From Thermoanaerobaculia bacterium (GTDB lineage: Bacteria; Acidobacteriota; Thermoanaerobaculia; Gp7-AA8), in contig DATLFB010000044.1 of the NCBI GenBank assembly GCA_035525285.1, positions 108,441-172,440 on the forward strand: DNA of 64,000 bases. The letters are read 5' to 3'. This document shows, in pieces, positions 35,812-46,494 of this stretch. The translations under genes were made by a program, and so were the position numbers. The notes beneath the pieces were generated by a model. That model was not told where the DNA came from and ran no database searches. It was given only the letters and a program-made list of their open reading frames with translations. Each line of letters opens with the position of its first letter. Position 1 is the stretch's first letter.

Positions 35812-36233
35812 CGCGTCATCTCCACGATCCTGACGGACGCCGGTCGCAATCCCGCGGTAATGTAACCGATGGCCCCGGGATGATCCGCGACAAAGTCGAT
35901 CACGTCATCATCCGACTGCAGCTCGACGGGTGGCACGCCGCGCCCGGAAAAGATCTTGCGATGCCAGTACCGCAGCATGAACGCCGGTTCCTTGTCATAA
36001 ACAGCCTTGAGAAATCGCGCTCGCACCACTGCACGGATGGGCTGGTCCACGGGCAGGATCCGCGTCCCGTCGTCCCATCTGGTCCTGGTCTTGAGATAGA
36101 TCTCCGCCAGCCGTGCCCGGGAGATCGAGGTGACCTTCACGCCCGGATGAACGATGAGCTGAAAACGCGCCGGCGCAGGCACATCGCGCGCTGCGGCCAA
36201 TGGAGCCAGCAGAACCAACAGAGCCCCTGCCAT
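35808..36233 (-). CDS. periplasmic PBP-like (phosphate-binding-like) domain protein
   Basis: Signal peptide is MAGALLVLLAPLAAA. Contains LIVHPGVKVTSISRARLAEIYLKTRTRWDDG. The ORF-track N-terminal extension from 36596 overlaps the outer-membrane protein gene, and I rejected it. Confidence 0.5.
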   Translation of the reverse strand: MAGALLVLLAPLAAARDVPAPARFQLIVHPGVKVTSISRARLAEIYLKTRTRWDDGTRILPVDQPIRAVVRARFLKAVYDKEPAFMLRYWHRKIFSGRGVPPVELQSDDDVIDFVADHPGAIGYITAGLRPASVRIVEMTR

Positions 36234-36259
36234 GGTCGTCCGCAACGCGCTGCCGCTCC

Positions 36260-37342
36260 TCAGAAACTCGCCGCGAGACTCAGGATCGCGTAACGGGTGC
36301 GGTACGGTGGATCCGTGATCGTCACCGGGACGTCCTCGACGAGCAGACCGGAATTCGAATGACCCTCGACCTTCACGACCACGGCCGGTGCGACGGCGTA
36401 GTTGACAGCCAGGGCATAGTCGCGGTCGATCTGGCGATTGACCACGACCCGTCCGGCCGCGAGATAGAGCCTCGACTGCTCGACGCGTGCATGGATGCTC
36501 CAGCGCGGATGAACCTGCGCGCCGGCCTGCACATAGGCAGACCGGTAGGCGCCGATGTCCCCATCGACTTCCAGGGCTTCGGCCGCCACCGACCATCGAT
36601 CGAAGTCCGCCTCGATGGAGGCGTGAGTACCGGAATACACCGCCACCGTTCCGGGCGGCCGGAAGAGCAGATTGCTCACGTCGGCCCGATAGTGACCCGC
36701 GCCGAACCGAAGACCGACGATGGGAGTATTGATCCAGAGCTGGCCGCCGACGGCATCATCGACGTCCGCCCGGGTCTCGAAATCTTCCTGGACGAAGTCC
36801 CACTCTCCGTAGTAGAGATCGGCATCGAAGCTCCACGAGCCGAATGCCGGAATCGAAGCCGACAGGACGGCTCCTTCAACGGTCTCATTGCTGTACTGTC
36901 CTTCGCCGTAAACCCCGGTGGCCGGCCGGTAAAAGGGAAAGGTCGTGCCGGCGTCCCGTGACTCGTTGTAGATGCCGAGAGGAATCGGAATCCGGCCGAC
37001 CTTCAGAGAGAATTTCTCCGTCAGCTCCCGCTGGTAAAAGGCCCAATCGATCTCGACGTCATCCTTGAGCTTCGCCACCGGACTGTCGCCAAGGCGCTCG
37101 TGGCTGAACTGCACGATCAGCACGTTGCGCGGGCTTTGCTGGTAGCGAAACTGGAGGGCCAGATCGCGGTAGTCGCTCGTTCCGTCCTCGCCGATCCCCA
37201 GGATCTGATGACCGTCGCTGCGGGCGTAGGCCTGTGACAGATATCCATGCACGGAGAGTCTCGTCAGCTCCTCTCCTCGCGATACGCGTGCCATCGATAA
37301 CACGGCGATCACCGACATGCACGCCGCACTCATTCGGCTCAT
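36260..37342 (-). CDS. outer-membrane beta-barrel (porin-like) protein
   Basis: A signal peptide and an alternating beta pattern are present, with a C-terminal SLAASF. It is the first gene of a minus-strand operon with the binding protein, kinase and regulator. Confidence 0.55.
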   Translation of the reverse strand: MSRMSAACMSVIAVLSMARVSRGEELTRLSVHGYLSQAYARSDGHQILGIGEDGTSDYRDLALQFRYQQSPRNVLIVQFSHERLGDSPVAKLKDDVEIDWAFYQRELTEKFSLKVGRIPIPLGIYNESRDAGTTFPFYRPATGVYGEGQYSNETVEGAVLSASIPAFGSWSFDADLYYGEWDFVQEDFETRADVDDAVGGQLWINTPIVGLRFGAGHYRADVSNLLFRPPGTVAVYSGTHASIEADFDRWSVAAEALEVDGDIGAYRSAYVQAGAQVHPRWSIHARVEQSRLYLAAGRVVVNRQIDRDYALAVNYAVAPAVVVKVEGHSNSGLLVEDVPVTITDPPYRTRYAILSLAASF

Positions 37343-37584
37343 CGAGCCCTCCTCTCACACGGGTCGACGTGATCACGCATACCACGAAGTTCCACATCAC
37401 CGACACCGGACTTCCTTTTTTCCTACGCAGCGATGCTTCATATTCGCCTGTTCGTGAGATCGTCGCGTCACTATCCTGTCACGACCGGCTCAGAGCGTGA
37501 CCCAAGTGTACCCATTCGCCGGGTCAGTTTCTGATTGCTTCGGTGAGATGAATGCCCACAAGTAAAGAAAGGAAAAAGCTCGCG

Positions 37585-39180
37585 ATGCGTAAGACCCTTT
37601 TGTTCCTTTGTACGGTCCTGCTTGCCGTTCCCATGTTCGCCGCGAACGGAGGCAACCAGGATCTCGAACGTTACATCGTCGTGTTCAAAAACGGGCTCGG
37701 TCCCGACGCGCACGCCGCGCTCCGCGGATCCGGGGCGATCACCGCGCTGGAACTGCCGGATCATCGAGCGGCTGCCGCGTACATGAGGCCGCAGGCGGCC
37801 GAGGCGCTGGCGAGAAACCCGAACGTCGAGCTCGTCGAAGTCGATGCGAAACGGTATCCGCTCGCGTGGACGAACACCAGCTCGGGCGGGGAGACGACGC
37901 CGTACGGCATCAAAGCGGTGGAAGCGAACCTTTTCAGCGCCGGTGCCGGGATCGGCTCGTGTACCGTCTGCATCATCGACTCCGGGTACTTCATTCAGCA
38001 CGACGATCTTCAGGATTCACCAGTCGTCGGAGCCCCGCAGGGGACCGAGAATGTGTTCGAAGATGGTTGCGGTCACGGCAGCCACGTTGCCGGCACGATC
38101 TCGGCGATCACCGGCAATGGCGTGGGCGTGTCGAGCGTCAACGGCGGCCGGAACCTCAATCTGGTCATCTCCCGCGTGTTCGACAACAACTGCTCCTGGG
38201 CCTTCGCCTCGAGCCTGATCAAGGCGCTCGACGCCTGCAAGGCCAAGCGCGGCTCGAACAAGATGGTCGTGAGCATGAGCCTCGGCGGAAGCTTCAAGAG
38301 CCGCACCGAGGATCAGGCGTTTGCGAAGGCCTACAACGAAGGCATTCTCTCCATCGCCGCCGCTGGCAACGGCGGCAACACACAGACCTCGTATCCGGCG
38401 GGCTACACGTCGGTCGTGTCCGTCGCCGCGATCGACGCCAACGAAGCTCTCGCCAGCTTCTCGCAGCGCAACAAGGACGTCGAGATCGCCGCACCCGGCG
38501 TCTCGGTCCTCTCGACCGTTCCCTGGAAGGGATCCTCGATCACCGTTGACTCAGTCAAATACCTCGGCAGCCACATCGCCAGTTCCGCCACCACCGACGG
38601 CGTCTCGGGCGCGCTGGTCAGCGGCGGCCTCTGCGACACGGTCGGAAGCTGGAGCGGGAAAACCGTCCTCTGTCAGCGCGGCACGATCAGCTTCAAGCAG
38701 AAGATCGACAACGTCACCGCCGGCGGCGGCGTCGCGGCTGTGATCTACAACAACGTCTCCGGGGGATTCGCCGGCACGTGCGACGACGGTTCGGGCACGA
38801 CCTGCTCCGGCGTCGGCATCGGCATCAGCAAGGAAGACGGCGAATTTCTGGTGGGGAACAAGCTCGGACTGACGGGTACGACCGTGGCGTCGCTCAGCAC
38901 CGACTGCGGCGACGGCAAGGCGGTCGCTTGCGGTTATGAGGCATGGGACGGGACGTCAATGGCCACCCCGCACGTTTCGTCCGTCGCGGCGCTGATCTGG
39001 AGTCATGACACCTCAAAGACCAACGCCCAGGTCCGCGATACAATGAACAAGACGGCGAAGGATCTCGGCTCCGCCGGCCGCGACAACAGCTTCGGCTACG
39101 GCCTCGTGAAAGCGCTCCGCGCGAGGGATTGCCTGCTGGGCACTGGCCCGTGCACACCGTCCACCGCTCCTCTCCCGTAG
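37585..39180 (+). CDS. secreted subtilisin-like serine protease (S8) with I9 propeptide and PA-domain insertion
   Basis: Signal peptide ends ...FAANG. An I9-like segment (YIVVFKNG) is followed by the catalytic D/H/S motifs ([19 protein letters not shown]). The PA-like insert is at about 360-440 aa. Confidence 0.85.
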   Translation: MRKTLLFLCTVLLAVPMFAANGGNQDLERYIVVFKNGLGPDAHAALRGSGAITALELPDHRAAAAYMRPQAAEALARNPNVELVEVDAKRYPLAWTNTSSGGETTPYGIKAVEANLFSAGAGIGSCTVCIIDSGYFIQHDDLQDSPVVGAPQGTENVFEDGCGHGSHVAGTISAITGNGVGVSSVNGGRNLNLVISRVFDNNCSWAFASSLIKALDACKAKRGSNKMVVSMSLGGSFKSRTEDQAFAKAYNEGILSIAAAGNGGNTQTSYPAGYTSVVSVAAIDANEALASFSQRNKDVEIAAPGVSVLSTVPWKGSSITVDSVKYLGSHIASSATTDGVSGALVSGGLCDTVGSWSGKTVLCQRGTISFKQKIDNVTAGGGVAAVIYNNVSGGFAGTCDDGSGTTCSGVGIGISKEDGEFLVGNKLGLTGTTVASLSTDCGDGKAVACGYEAWDGTSMATPHVSSVAALIWSHDTSKTNAQVRDTMNKTAKDLGSAGRDNSFGYGLVKALRARDCLLGTGPCTPSTAPLP

Positions 39181-39203
39181 TCAGATCCATTCGTGAAATC
39201 GCA

Positions 39204-39234
39204 GACGCCCGGCGGAAACGCCGGGCGTTTTTTG
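39204..39234 (+). terminator. rho-independent terminator
   Basis: gacgcccggcg-gaaa-cgccgggcg followed by tttttt. Confidence 0.8.
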
Positions 39235-39516
39235 TTGGTGCGCTTTCATGGGAGCCGCTGCAACCGCAGCTTCTCGATCGCCGACGATTCACTTCCGATG
39301 TTCCGACAGGAGCGCTTCCAATCGAGGGGTTGCGATATGACCCGCCTGAGCGTGTATTGACCCACTTTTGCGGCTCATTCATGCAAAAAGAATTAACTTC
39401 TGACCCTTGCGGATTTCTTCGTCGCAGCCAAATCGTTTCTTTACAAGCACATGCTTTATGGCGTGATGCTTGCCTCGGGCGGGACCTCGTCTGAAAGTAG
39501 ATGGAGGGTAAAAGGA

Positions 39517-41100
39517 ATGAGAAGGCTTTTCATTACGGTGATCCTGTTGGGCGTCGTTCCGGCAATCGCGCAGAATGGCAACGCGAATGGGCGCGCGCTG
39601 GAGGCGTCGATGGCACACTTCAACGCGAATGCACGGGCGTATGGGCTTACGAATCCGCAGGCGGAGTTGAAGGTGCGTAATGCTCTCCGCGATTCGCTCG
39701 GCCAGACACACGTTCGCTTCGATCAATACTACGAAGGCGTCCGTGTGTTCGAAGGGCAGGCGATCAGTCACGTCGACGGCAAAGGCCGCGTATCCTCGGT
39801 CACGAACGCCATCCGCGGCAACTTGAGAATCAGTACGACGCCGTCGGTCTCGGAATCGACTGCAACGGCGAAGGCGCTTGCAGCGGTCAATGCCCTCGGC
39901 GGAGCGTCGGCCACCGCAACGCTCGAGATTCTGCCCGAGGGACAGCGCAGTTCCATCGACCGCCTGGTCTGGCACGTGGTCGTCGAGGTGGAGAACGACG
40001 CCCAGGACCGCGGCCAGTGGGATTACTTCGTCGATGCAAACAGCGGCGACGTGGTGTGGTCGTTCGACTCGCTCGAGACGAGCAACGCCACGGGAACCGG
40101 CCGCACGCAGTATCTCGGCGACCAGAGCGCCAGCCTCGACCTCGTCAGCGGCACTTATTATCTGCGCGACGTCTCGCGCAGCAGCGGTAACTACACGTGT
40201 GACAAGAACAACAAGACCAACGCGCCGCAGTGCACGGTCTTCTCCAATACGTCGGGCATCTTCGGCGATGGCGTGCTCGATGGAAGCAACCGAGGGACGA
40301 GCGCGGCGGACGCGCACGTCGGCCTGCAGTACACCTGGGACTACTACAAACTGGTCCTCGGCCGCAATGGAATCGACGGTTCCGGCACGAGGAGCTATTC
40401 GCGCGTGCACTACGGCAGCAACTACAACAACGCCTTCTGGAGCGATAGCTGCTTCTGCATGACGTACGGCGACGGCTCGGGCACGCCGGGCGGAACGTCC
40501 GGTTTCCTTCCCCTCGTCTCGATCGACGTCGCCGGGCACGAGATGACCCACGGCGTGACCAGTACGACCGCCGATCTGACGTATTCGGGAGAGTCGGGCG
40601 GTCTCAACGAGTCGACTTCCGATATCTTCGGAACGATCGTCGAGTTCTATGCGAACAGCGCGAAGGACGCTCCCGACTATCTGATCGGCGAAATGATCTA
40701 TCCCTCGAACTGGAACACGGACGGAACCTGGAAGAACCTTTCCTCGCCGAAGGCCCTTCGCTACATGACGCAGCCGTCGCTCGACGGAAAGAGCCCGAAC
40801 TGCTGGTCCAGCGGGATCGGCAGTCTGGACGTCCACTACTCATCGGGCCCGAACAATCACATGTTCTATCTTCTGTCCAAGGGCGGCACCAGCGCCTGCA
40901 ATGGGAACGTCGTGGGCGCCATCGGCAACGACGCCGCGGCCAGAATCTGGTACCGCGCGCTGACCGTGTATATGACTTCGTCGACGAACTATGCCGGCGC
41001 GCGCCAGGCCGCTTTGAAAGCAGCGACCGATCTGTATGGGACGGGCTCGACCCAATACAACGGCGTGGCGGCGGCATTCTCTGCGATCAACGTGAACTGA
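39517..41100 (+). CDS. secreted thermolysin-like metalloprotease (M4) with FTP/PepSY propeptide
   Basis: A GGAGGG Shine-Dalgarno precedes the start. Signal peptide ends ...AIAQNG. Propeptide contains HVRFDQYYEGVRVFEG. The catalytic motifs HEMTHGV and ESGGLNESTSDIFG are present. Confidence 0.85.
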   Translation: MRRLFITVILLGVVPAIAQNGNANGRALEASMAHFNANARAYGLTNPQAELKVRNALRDSLGQTHVRFDQYYEGVRVFEGQAISHVDGKGRVSSVTNAIRGNLRISTTPSVSESTATAKALAAVNALGGASATATLEILPEGQRSSIDRLVWHVVVEVENDAQDRGQWDYFVDANSGDVVWSFDSLETSNATGTGRTQYLGDQSASLDLVSGTYYLRDVSRSSGNYTCDKNNKTNAPQCTVFSNTSGIFGDGVLDGSNRGTSAADAHVGLQYTWDYYKLVLGRNGIDGSGTRSYSRVHYGSNYNNAFWSDSCFCMTYGDGSGTPGGTSGFLPLVSIDVAGHEMTHGVTSTTADLTYSGESGGLNESTSDIFGTIVEFYANSAKDAPDYLIGEMIYPSNWNTDGTWKNLSSPKALRYMTQPSLDGKSPNCWSSGIGSLDVHYSSGPNNHMFYLLSKGGTSACNGNVVGAIGNDAAARIWYRALTVYMTSSTNYAGARQAALKAATDLYGTGSTQYNGVAAAFSAINVN

Positions 41101-41479
41101 TCGCTGCTCTCCGCGAAACGAGGAGGGGCTCCCAATGGGAGCCCCTTGTCGTCTGCGCGTACCGCGCCGGGCGTTTCTCACTTCCCCGCCATGATACTTC
41201 CTGTTTTCTTACACGTGCCGTGATGAGCCCTGACGGCGGCGCTCAGTACGGCGGTCGTGTATTGGCGCACAAATGGACCCACTTGCGCATCCATTGATCC
41301 ACCATATCGTGCATTTTCGGGCCAAATAGCGCAACGCCTGACCCATCTCGCCGACGTCGTGAAAATGCTCGATGCGCCTAAGTGAGTGTGGCTCAATGAG
41401 TTGGATGCTTTTTCACCGAATGGGCGCCGCATCCGCTAAGTCGAATCGCCCGAAAGCAACGTGGAAGGAGCATCAATTC

Positions 41480-43123
41480 ATGAAACGAGTCCTCATCATG
41501 GCCCTGGCAGTATTGATGACGCCAGTTGTATTCGCGTCGAACGGAGAGATCCGGCGGAACAGCCGGGCGATCAAAGATCAGTACATCGTCGTGTTCAGGG
41601 CCGGCGCTGTGCGTGATGTGCCGGCGGCCGCGGCGGAGATGGCGCGGATGAACGGCGGCCGGCTGGGCCATGTGTACAGCCGGGCGTTGCAGGGATTTTC
41701 CGTCGAACTGTCCGAAGGCCGGGCCCGCGCGCTCGCGAAGGATCCCCGCGTGGAGTACGTGGAAGAGGACGGCCAGGTGACGCTCGGGGCGACGCAGAGC
41801 AACGCCACCTGGGGACTCGACCGCATCGACCAGCGCGATCTGCCGCTGAGCGGTAGCTATACGTACAACTACACCGGCTCGGGAGTGAAGGCCTACATCA
41901 TCGACACCGGGATCCTGGCCTCGCACAACGAGTTCGGCGGCCGGGTGGTCAGCGGTTACACCGCCATCAGCGACGGCCGGGGCACGACCGACTGCAACGG
42001 CCACGGCACGCACGTCGCGGGCACGGTGGGCGGCGCGACGTACGGCGTGGCCAGGAGCGTGACTCTCGTTCCGGTGCGCGTGCTGGACTGCAACGGATCG
42101 GGCACGAATTCCGGCGTGATCGCGGGCGTCGACTGGGTCACGTCCAATCACGGCGCGGGCCAGCCCGCCGTCGCGAACATGTCGCTGGGCGGCGGGGCCA
42201 GCTCGGCGCTCGATACCGCCGTCAACAACTCCATCAACGACGGCGTGACCTACGCCGTGGCGTCGGGCAACGACAATAAAGACGCCTGCAACTACTCGCC
42301 GGCGCGCGTGGCTGCCGCGATCACCGTCAACTCCAGCACCTCGTCGGACGCGCGCTCCTCGTTCTCGAACTGGGGCACGTGCACGGACATCTTCGCTCCG
42401 GGCTCGAGCATCACTTCCGCGTGGTACACGAGCAACACCGCGACGAACACGATCAGCGGCACGTCGATGGCCACGCCTCACGTGGCCGGCGTCGGTGCGC
42501 TGTATCTCCAGTCCAACACAAGCGCCTCGCCATCGACGGTCTGGGCGGCGATCCGCGACAGCGCGACACTGAACAAGATCACCAGCGCCGGGAGCGGCTC
42601 GCCGAACCGCCTGCTCTACTCGCTTCTCAGCAGCGGCGGAGGCGGCACGACCACGCAGCTTCTGAGCAACCCGGGATTCGAGTCGGGCAACAACGGCGCC
42701 TGGACCACGACCTCCGGCGTGATCACGAATTCCACCTCGCGCACGCCGCAGGCCGGCTCGTGGTACGCATGGCTCTGCGGCTACGGTTCCTCGCATACCG
42801 ATTACGCCTACCAGCAGATCTCGATCCCGTCGGGTGCCACCGCGGCGACTCTGAATTTCTATCTGAAGATCGACACGGCCGAGACGACCACGAGCACGGC
42901 GTACGACAAGATGTCGGTGCAGATTCTCAACTCCTCCGGGAGCCTTCTGGCGACTCTGGCGACGTATTCGAATCTGAACAAGAGCTCGTCCTATTCGCTC
43001 AAATCCTTCGACCTCCTCGCGTACAAGGGGCAGACCATCCGGGTCCGCTTCTACGCGACGGAGGACAGCATCTACCAGACTTCGTTCCTCGTCGACACGA
43101 CATCACTGAACGTGACCCAGTAA
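41480..43123 (+). CDS. secreted subtilisin-like serine protease (S8) with a C-terminal beta-sandwich domain
   Basis: A GGAAGGAG Shine-Dalgarno precedes the start. Signal peptide ends ...FASNG. I9 segment (YIVVFRAG), then HGTHVAGT and [11 protein letters not shown]. About 170 extra C-terminal residues. Confidence 0.85.
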   Translation: MKRVLIMALAVLMTPVVFASNGEIRRNSRAIKDQYIVVFRAGAVRDVPAAAAEMARMNGGRLGHVYSRALQGFSVELSEGRARALAKDPRVEYVEEDGQVTLGATQSNATWGLDRIDQRDLPLSGSYTYNYTGSGVKAYIIDTGILASHNEFGGRVVSGYTAISDGRGTTDCNGHGTHVAGTVGGATYGVARSVTLVPVRVLDCNGSGTNSGVIAGVDWVTSNHGAGQPAVANMSLGGGASSALDTAVNNSINDGVTYAVASGNDNKDACNYSPARVAAAITVNSSTSSDARSSFSNWGTCTDIFAPGSSITSAWYTSNTATNTISGTSMATPHVAGVGALYLQSNTSASPSTVWAAIRDSATLNKITSAGSGSPNRLLYSLLSSGGGGTTTQLLSNPGFESGNNGAWTTTSGVITNSTSRTPQAGSWYAWLCGYGSSHTDYAYQQISIPSGATAATLNFYLKIDTAETTTSTAYDKMSVQILNSSGSLLATLATYSNLNKSSSYSLKSFDLLAYKGQTIRVRFYATEDSIYQTSFLVDTTSLNVTQ

Positions 43124-43191
43124 GTCAATCAACAACCGACTGACCCGCCTGAAGCGGCAGTCAACAGTCAACAGCAGGAGGATGTATCGCT

Positions 43192-44451
43192 ATGCACGGG
43201 AAAAAGTCCAGGTTGATCGTCATCTCCATCGTGGTTCTCTCCGCCGTCATCTCATCTGCACTCTGGGCGCAGTCACGTTCCGACGATCGTGAATTCACCC
43301 CGCGTGTCCGTCAGGAAGTGACTCTGCCGGTCATCGTGGTCCTGCGCGACGACGTGACGGTTCAGGCCAGTACGCCAGTCGACGTGATGCTCGATGAACG
43401 GGCCGTCGCCGCGCCCGAGGCCTGGTCCTATCTGAGCGCATCGGTGGTGGGCAGCGTCCGGTCGCTGGAGAATAGTCACGGATTCAAGGCCGAGCACGTC
43501 TACAGCGCGGCCCTGCGCGGTTTCTCGGCCCGGTTGTCGGCCCGGCAGATCGAGGCGCTGGAGCTCGATCCTCGCGTCGATTACATCGAGCCCGATGGAA
43601 CGATGCACATCATCGCCCAGACTCTTCCCTGGGGCATCGACAAGATCGACGCCGACGTCAGCTCCACTCTGGCCGGCAACGGCAGCGGAGCGATCACGAA
43701 CGTCAACGCCTATGTCATCGATACGGGCATCGATACCCACACGGATCTCAACCTGGTCGGGCACGTGAATTTCGCCGGCGGTCCGAACAAGGACTGCAAC
43801 GGTCACGGCACGCATGTGGCCGGAACGGTGGCGGCGAAGGACAACACGCAGGACGTGGTCGGCGTGGCGCCGGGCGCACCGCTGACCGGCGTGAAAGTCC
43901 TCGGCTGCGGCGGGAGCGGCACGACCTCGGGCGTGATCAAAGGCGTCGACTGGGTCACCGCGAACGCCAAAAAGCCGGCCGTGGCGAACATGTCCCTCGG
44001 CGGCAGTGCGAGCACGGCTCTCGATGACGCCGTTCGCAACTCGGCGAACAGCGGCGTGTTCTACGCCCTGGCCGCCGGCAATGACGGTGCCGACGCCTGC
44101 AACTCGTCGCCGGCACGCGCCGGTGCGGGAACCAATAACGGCATCATGACCGTTGCCGCGACCGACAGCGCCGACAAGGAAGCCTCCTGGAGCAACTACG
44201 GCAACTGCGTCGACATCTGGGCGCCCGGCGTGAGCATCCTCTCCACGAAGAAGGGCGGCGGCACCACCACGCTGTCCGGTACGTCGATGGCTTCGCCGCA
44301 CGGCGCGGGCGGCGGCGCGCTGTATCTCTCATCGCATACGGGTGCCAGCCCGTCCACGGTCGAAGGCGCGCTCAAGAGCGCGGCCACGACCACGGCCAAC
44401 AAGAGCAAAGACGGCCGGACCATCACCCGCGAGAATGTCGGCAGCTTCTGA
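43192..44451 (+). CDS. secreted subtilisin-like serine protease (S8)
   Basis: An AGGAGG Shine-Dalgarno precedes the start. A signal peptide is followed by HGTHVAGT and GTSMASPHGAG. Confidence 0.85.
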   Translation: MHGKKSRLIVISIVVLSAVISSALWAQSRSDDREFTPRVRQEVTLPVIVVLRDDVTVQASTPVDVMLDERAVAAPEAWSYLSASVVGSVRSLENSHGFKAEHVYSAALRGFSARLSARQIEALELDPRVDYIEPDGTMHIIAQTLPWGIDKIDADVSSTLAGNGSGAITNVNAYVIDTGIDTHTDLNLVGHVNFAGGPNKDCNGHGTHVAGTVAAKDNTQDVVGVAPGAPLTGVKVLGCGGSGTTSGVIKGVDWVTANAKKPAVANMSLGGSASTALDDAVRNSANSGVFYALAAGNDGADACNSSPARAGAGTNNGIMTVAATDSADKEASWSNYGNCVDIWAPGVSILSTKKGGGTTTLSGTSMASPHGAGGGALYLSSHTGASPSTVEGALKSAATTTANKSKDGRTITRENVGSF

Positions 44452-44591
44452 TTCTGACCACGTCGAATACACGTACCCCATCGAGCGGCGGCTCCCGCGA
44501 AGGAGCCGCCGCAGGGGCCTGTGGATCCGGCGGAAGCGAGGAAGAACGGCGCACCGTGCCGGCTCCCCACAACTGAGAGAGGAGCACATTA

Positions 44592-45731
44592 ATGAAGCGA
44601 TTCACGACCATCGTCCTGACATTTTTCTTCACCGTTCCCATCCTGGCCGGCAACGGCGATTTTCGCCGCGCCGGCGGAAAAGCAATCAAGGGTCAATACA
44701 TCGTAGTGCTCGAAGATCACGTCGCCGACGTTCGCGGTGCGGCGGCCGTGCTCTCGCGCATGCACGGCGGCGACGTCGGCTACGTTTATGAGAGCGCGCT
44801 GCGAGGCTACTCGGTGCGAATGCCGGAAATGGCCGCGCGCGGACTGGCCCACGACCCGTACGTCAAGTACGTCGAAGAGGACGGCGAGGTGTCGATCAAC
44901 ACGACCCAGACGTCGCCCGTCTGGGGCCTGGACCGGATCGATCAGCGCAATTTGCCTTTGAGCAATTCGTTCACGTACACGTACACGGGAAGCGGGGTTC
45001 GCGTGTACGTCATCGATACCGGCATTCGAACGTCTCACGGCGAGTTCGAAGGCCGTGCTTCACGGGTCTACGACGCCTTTGGCGGCAACGGCAGCGATTG
45101 CAACGGTCACGGAACGCACGTGGCCGGGACGGTGGGCGGAAAGACCTATGGCGTTGCCAAGAAGGCCTATCTTCGCGCCGTGCGCGTTCTCGACTGCGGC
45201 GGATCCGGTACGTGGTCTCAGATCATTGCGGGCGTGGACTGGGTGAGGGCCAATCACATCAAGCCGGCCGTTGCAAACATGAGCCTGGGCGGCGGAGCCA
45301 ACAGCTCGGTCGACACGGCCGTCAATAATCTGATCAACGCCGGAGTCACCGTGGTCGTCGCCGCGGGAAACAGCAACGCCAATGCCTGTAACTACTCGCC
45401 CGCTCGCGTAGGAGCGGCAATCACGGTCGGCTCGACTACGTCGACGGACGCCCGCTCTTCGTTCTCCAACTACGGCTCGTGCCTTGATCTTTTCGCACCC
45501 GGCTCGAGCATCAAGTCGGCGTGGTACACGAGCGACACGGCGACGAACACGATCAGCGGAACATCGATGGCATCCCCTCACGCAGCCGGCGTCGCGGCGC
45601 AGTATCTCCACCGTTTCGGCAACCAGTCTCCGTCCACGGTGCGCAATGCGCTGGTCAACAACGCAACGAGCGGAGTTTTATCGAGTATCGGAAGCGGATC
45701 GCCGAACCGCCTTCTCTTCACCAATTACTAA
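44592..45731 (+). CDS. secreted subtilisin-like serine protease (S8), close paralog of 41480-43123
   Basis: Signal peptide ends ...LAGNG. I9 segment (YIVVLEDHV), then GHGTHVAGT and GTSMASPHAAG. Confidence 0.85.
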   Translation: MKRFTTIVLTFFFTVPILAGNGDFRRAGGKAIKGQYIVVLEDHVADVRGAAAVLSRMHGGDVGYVYESALRGYSVRMPEMAARGLAHDPYVKYVEEDGEVSINTTQTSPVWGLDRIDQRNLPLSNSFTYTYTGSGVRVYVIDTGIRTSHGEFEGRASRVYDAFGGNGSDCNGHGTHVAGTVGGKTYGVAKKAYLRAVRVLDCGGSGTWSQIIAGVDWVRANHIKPAVANMSLGGGANSSVDTAVNNLINAGVTVVVAAGNSNANACNYSPARVGAAITVGSTTSTDARSSFSNYGSCLDLFAPGSSIKSAWYTSDTATNTISGTSMASPHAAGVAAQYLHRFGNQSPSTVRNALVNNATSGVLSSIGSGSPNRLLFTNY

Positions 45732-45818
45732 AGCGAGGGCTGCGATGAGCGGCGCGCCCGCGGGCCGCGTCGAGGCGGGGGTTCCCATCGAGAGAGCCGC
45801 CGCCAGGGAGGGGCACTG

Positions 45819-46427
45819 GTGGATCTGATGAATGCGCAAGCGCAGTCCCAGCAGCGCCCCCACAGCGTTCTCGATGTCCGGCTTTCCGCGGGAAGCGACG
45901 AGCGGTATGCCGTGTCCTTCGCCCTGGCGGGCGGGGCCGGCCCGCACGAGCCGGACCATTCCATCGACCTGGCGTGCTTCCGTTTCACGCTGCACTACTA
46001 CGCCCGCGTCCTGTACGAGCTCGTGCGGCACGAGAAGTCCGTCCGAAACCTGCCGCGCATGATGGGACGAATCTCGGCCACGGCCATCGATCCGGCCTCC
46101 AATCTCTTCGAGATCGCCGGCGTTCGGGCGGTGTTGGCGCCGGTCGTCGCCGATCGGATCTCCGCCGTTCTGTCTCTGCGACCCTGTGGTCTGCGCGTGT
46201 ACGAGATCGACGGCGACCTGTCGCGTTTGCGCGGCTCGAAACTGGCCACCTCCGCAGTCGCGGTTTGTCAGGCCGCGCTCCGTCACCTCTCACCGGCGAA
46301 CATCGAAGCATTGCCGGTGGCGCTGGCGAACATGAACGCCTCCTACGAAATGACGCATCGGTTCGGGGATCCGAACAGCCAGTACGAAGTCCCGGGTAAC
46401 GCATATTACGCAACCGCCTTTGTATGA
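45819..46427 (+). CDS. hypothetical cytoplasmic protein, 202 aa, inside the protease island
   Basis: A GTG start is preceded by GGGAGGGG at a 5-nt spacing. There is no signal peptide and no recognised domain. Confidence 0.45.
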   Translation: MDLMNAQAQSQQRPHSVLDVRLSAGSDERYAVSFALAGGAGPHEPDHSIDLACFRFTLHYYARVLYELVRHEKSVRNLPRMMGRISATAIDPASNLFEIAGVRAVLAPVVADRISAVLSLRPCGLRVYEIDGDLSRLRGSKLATSAVAVCQAALRHLSPANIEALPVALANMNASYEMTHRFGDPNSQYEVPGNAYYATAFV

Positions 46428-46494
46428 CTTCCGGCGTCTGTCCGGCTCATCGGCATCAATCACATCGAAACGACCCGGTAGAGAGGAGAAATTG

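Noticed and set aside
35808-36596. 262-aa version of the PBP-like gene
   Set aside because: The first 121 codons overlap the outer-membrane protein gene and are Arg/Gly-rich. The signal peptide starts at the Met at 36233.
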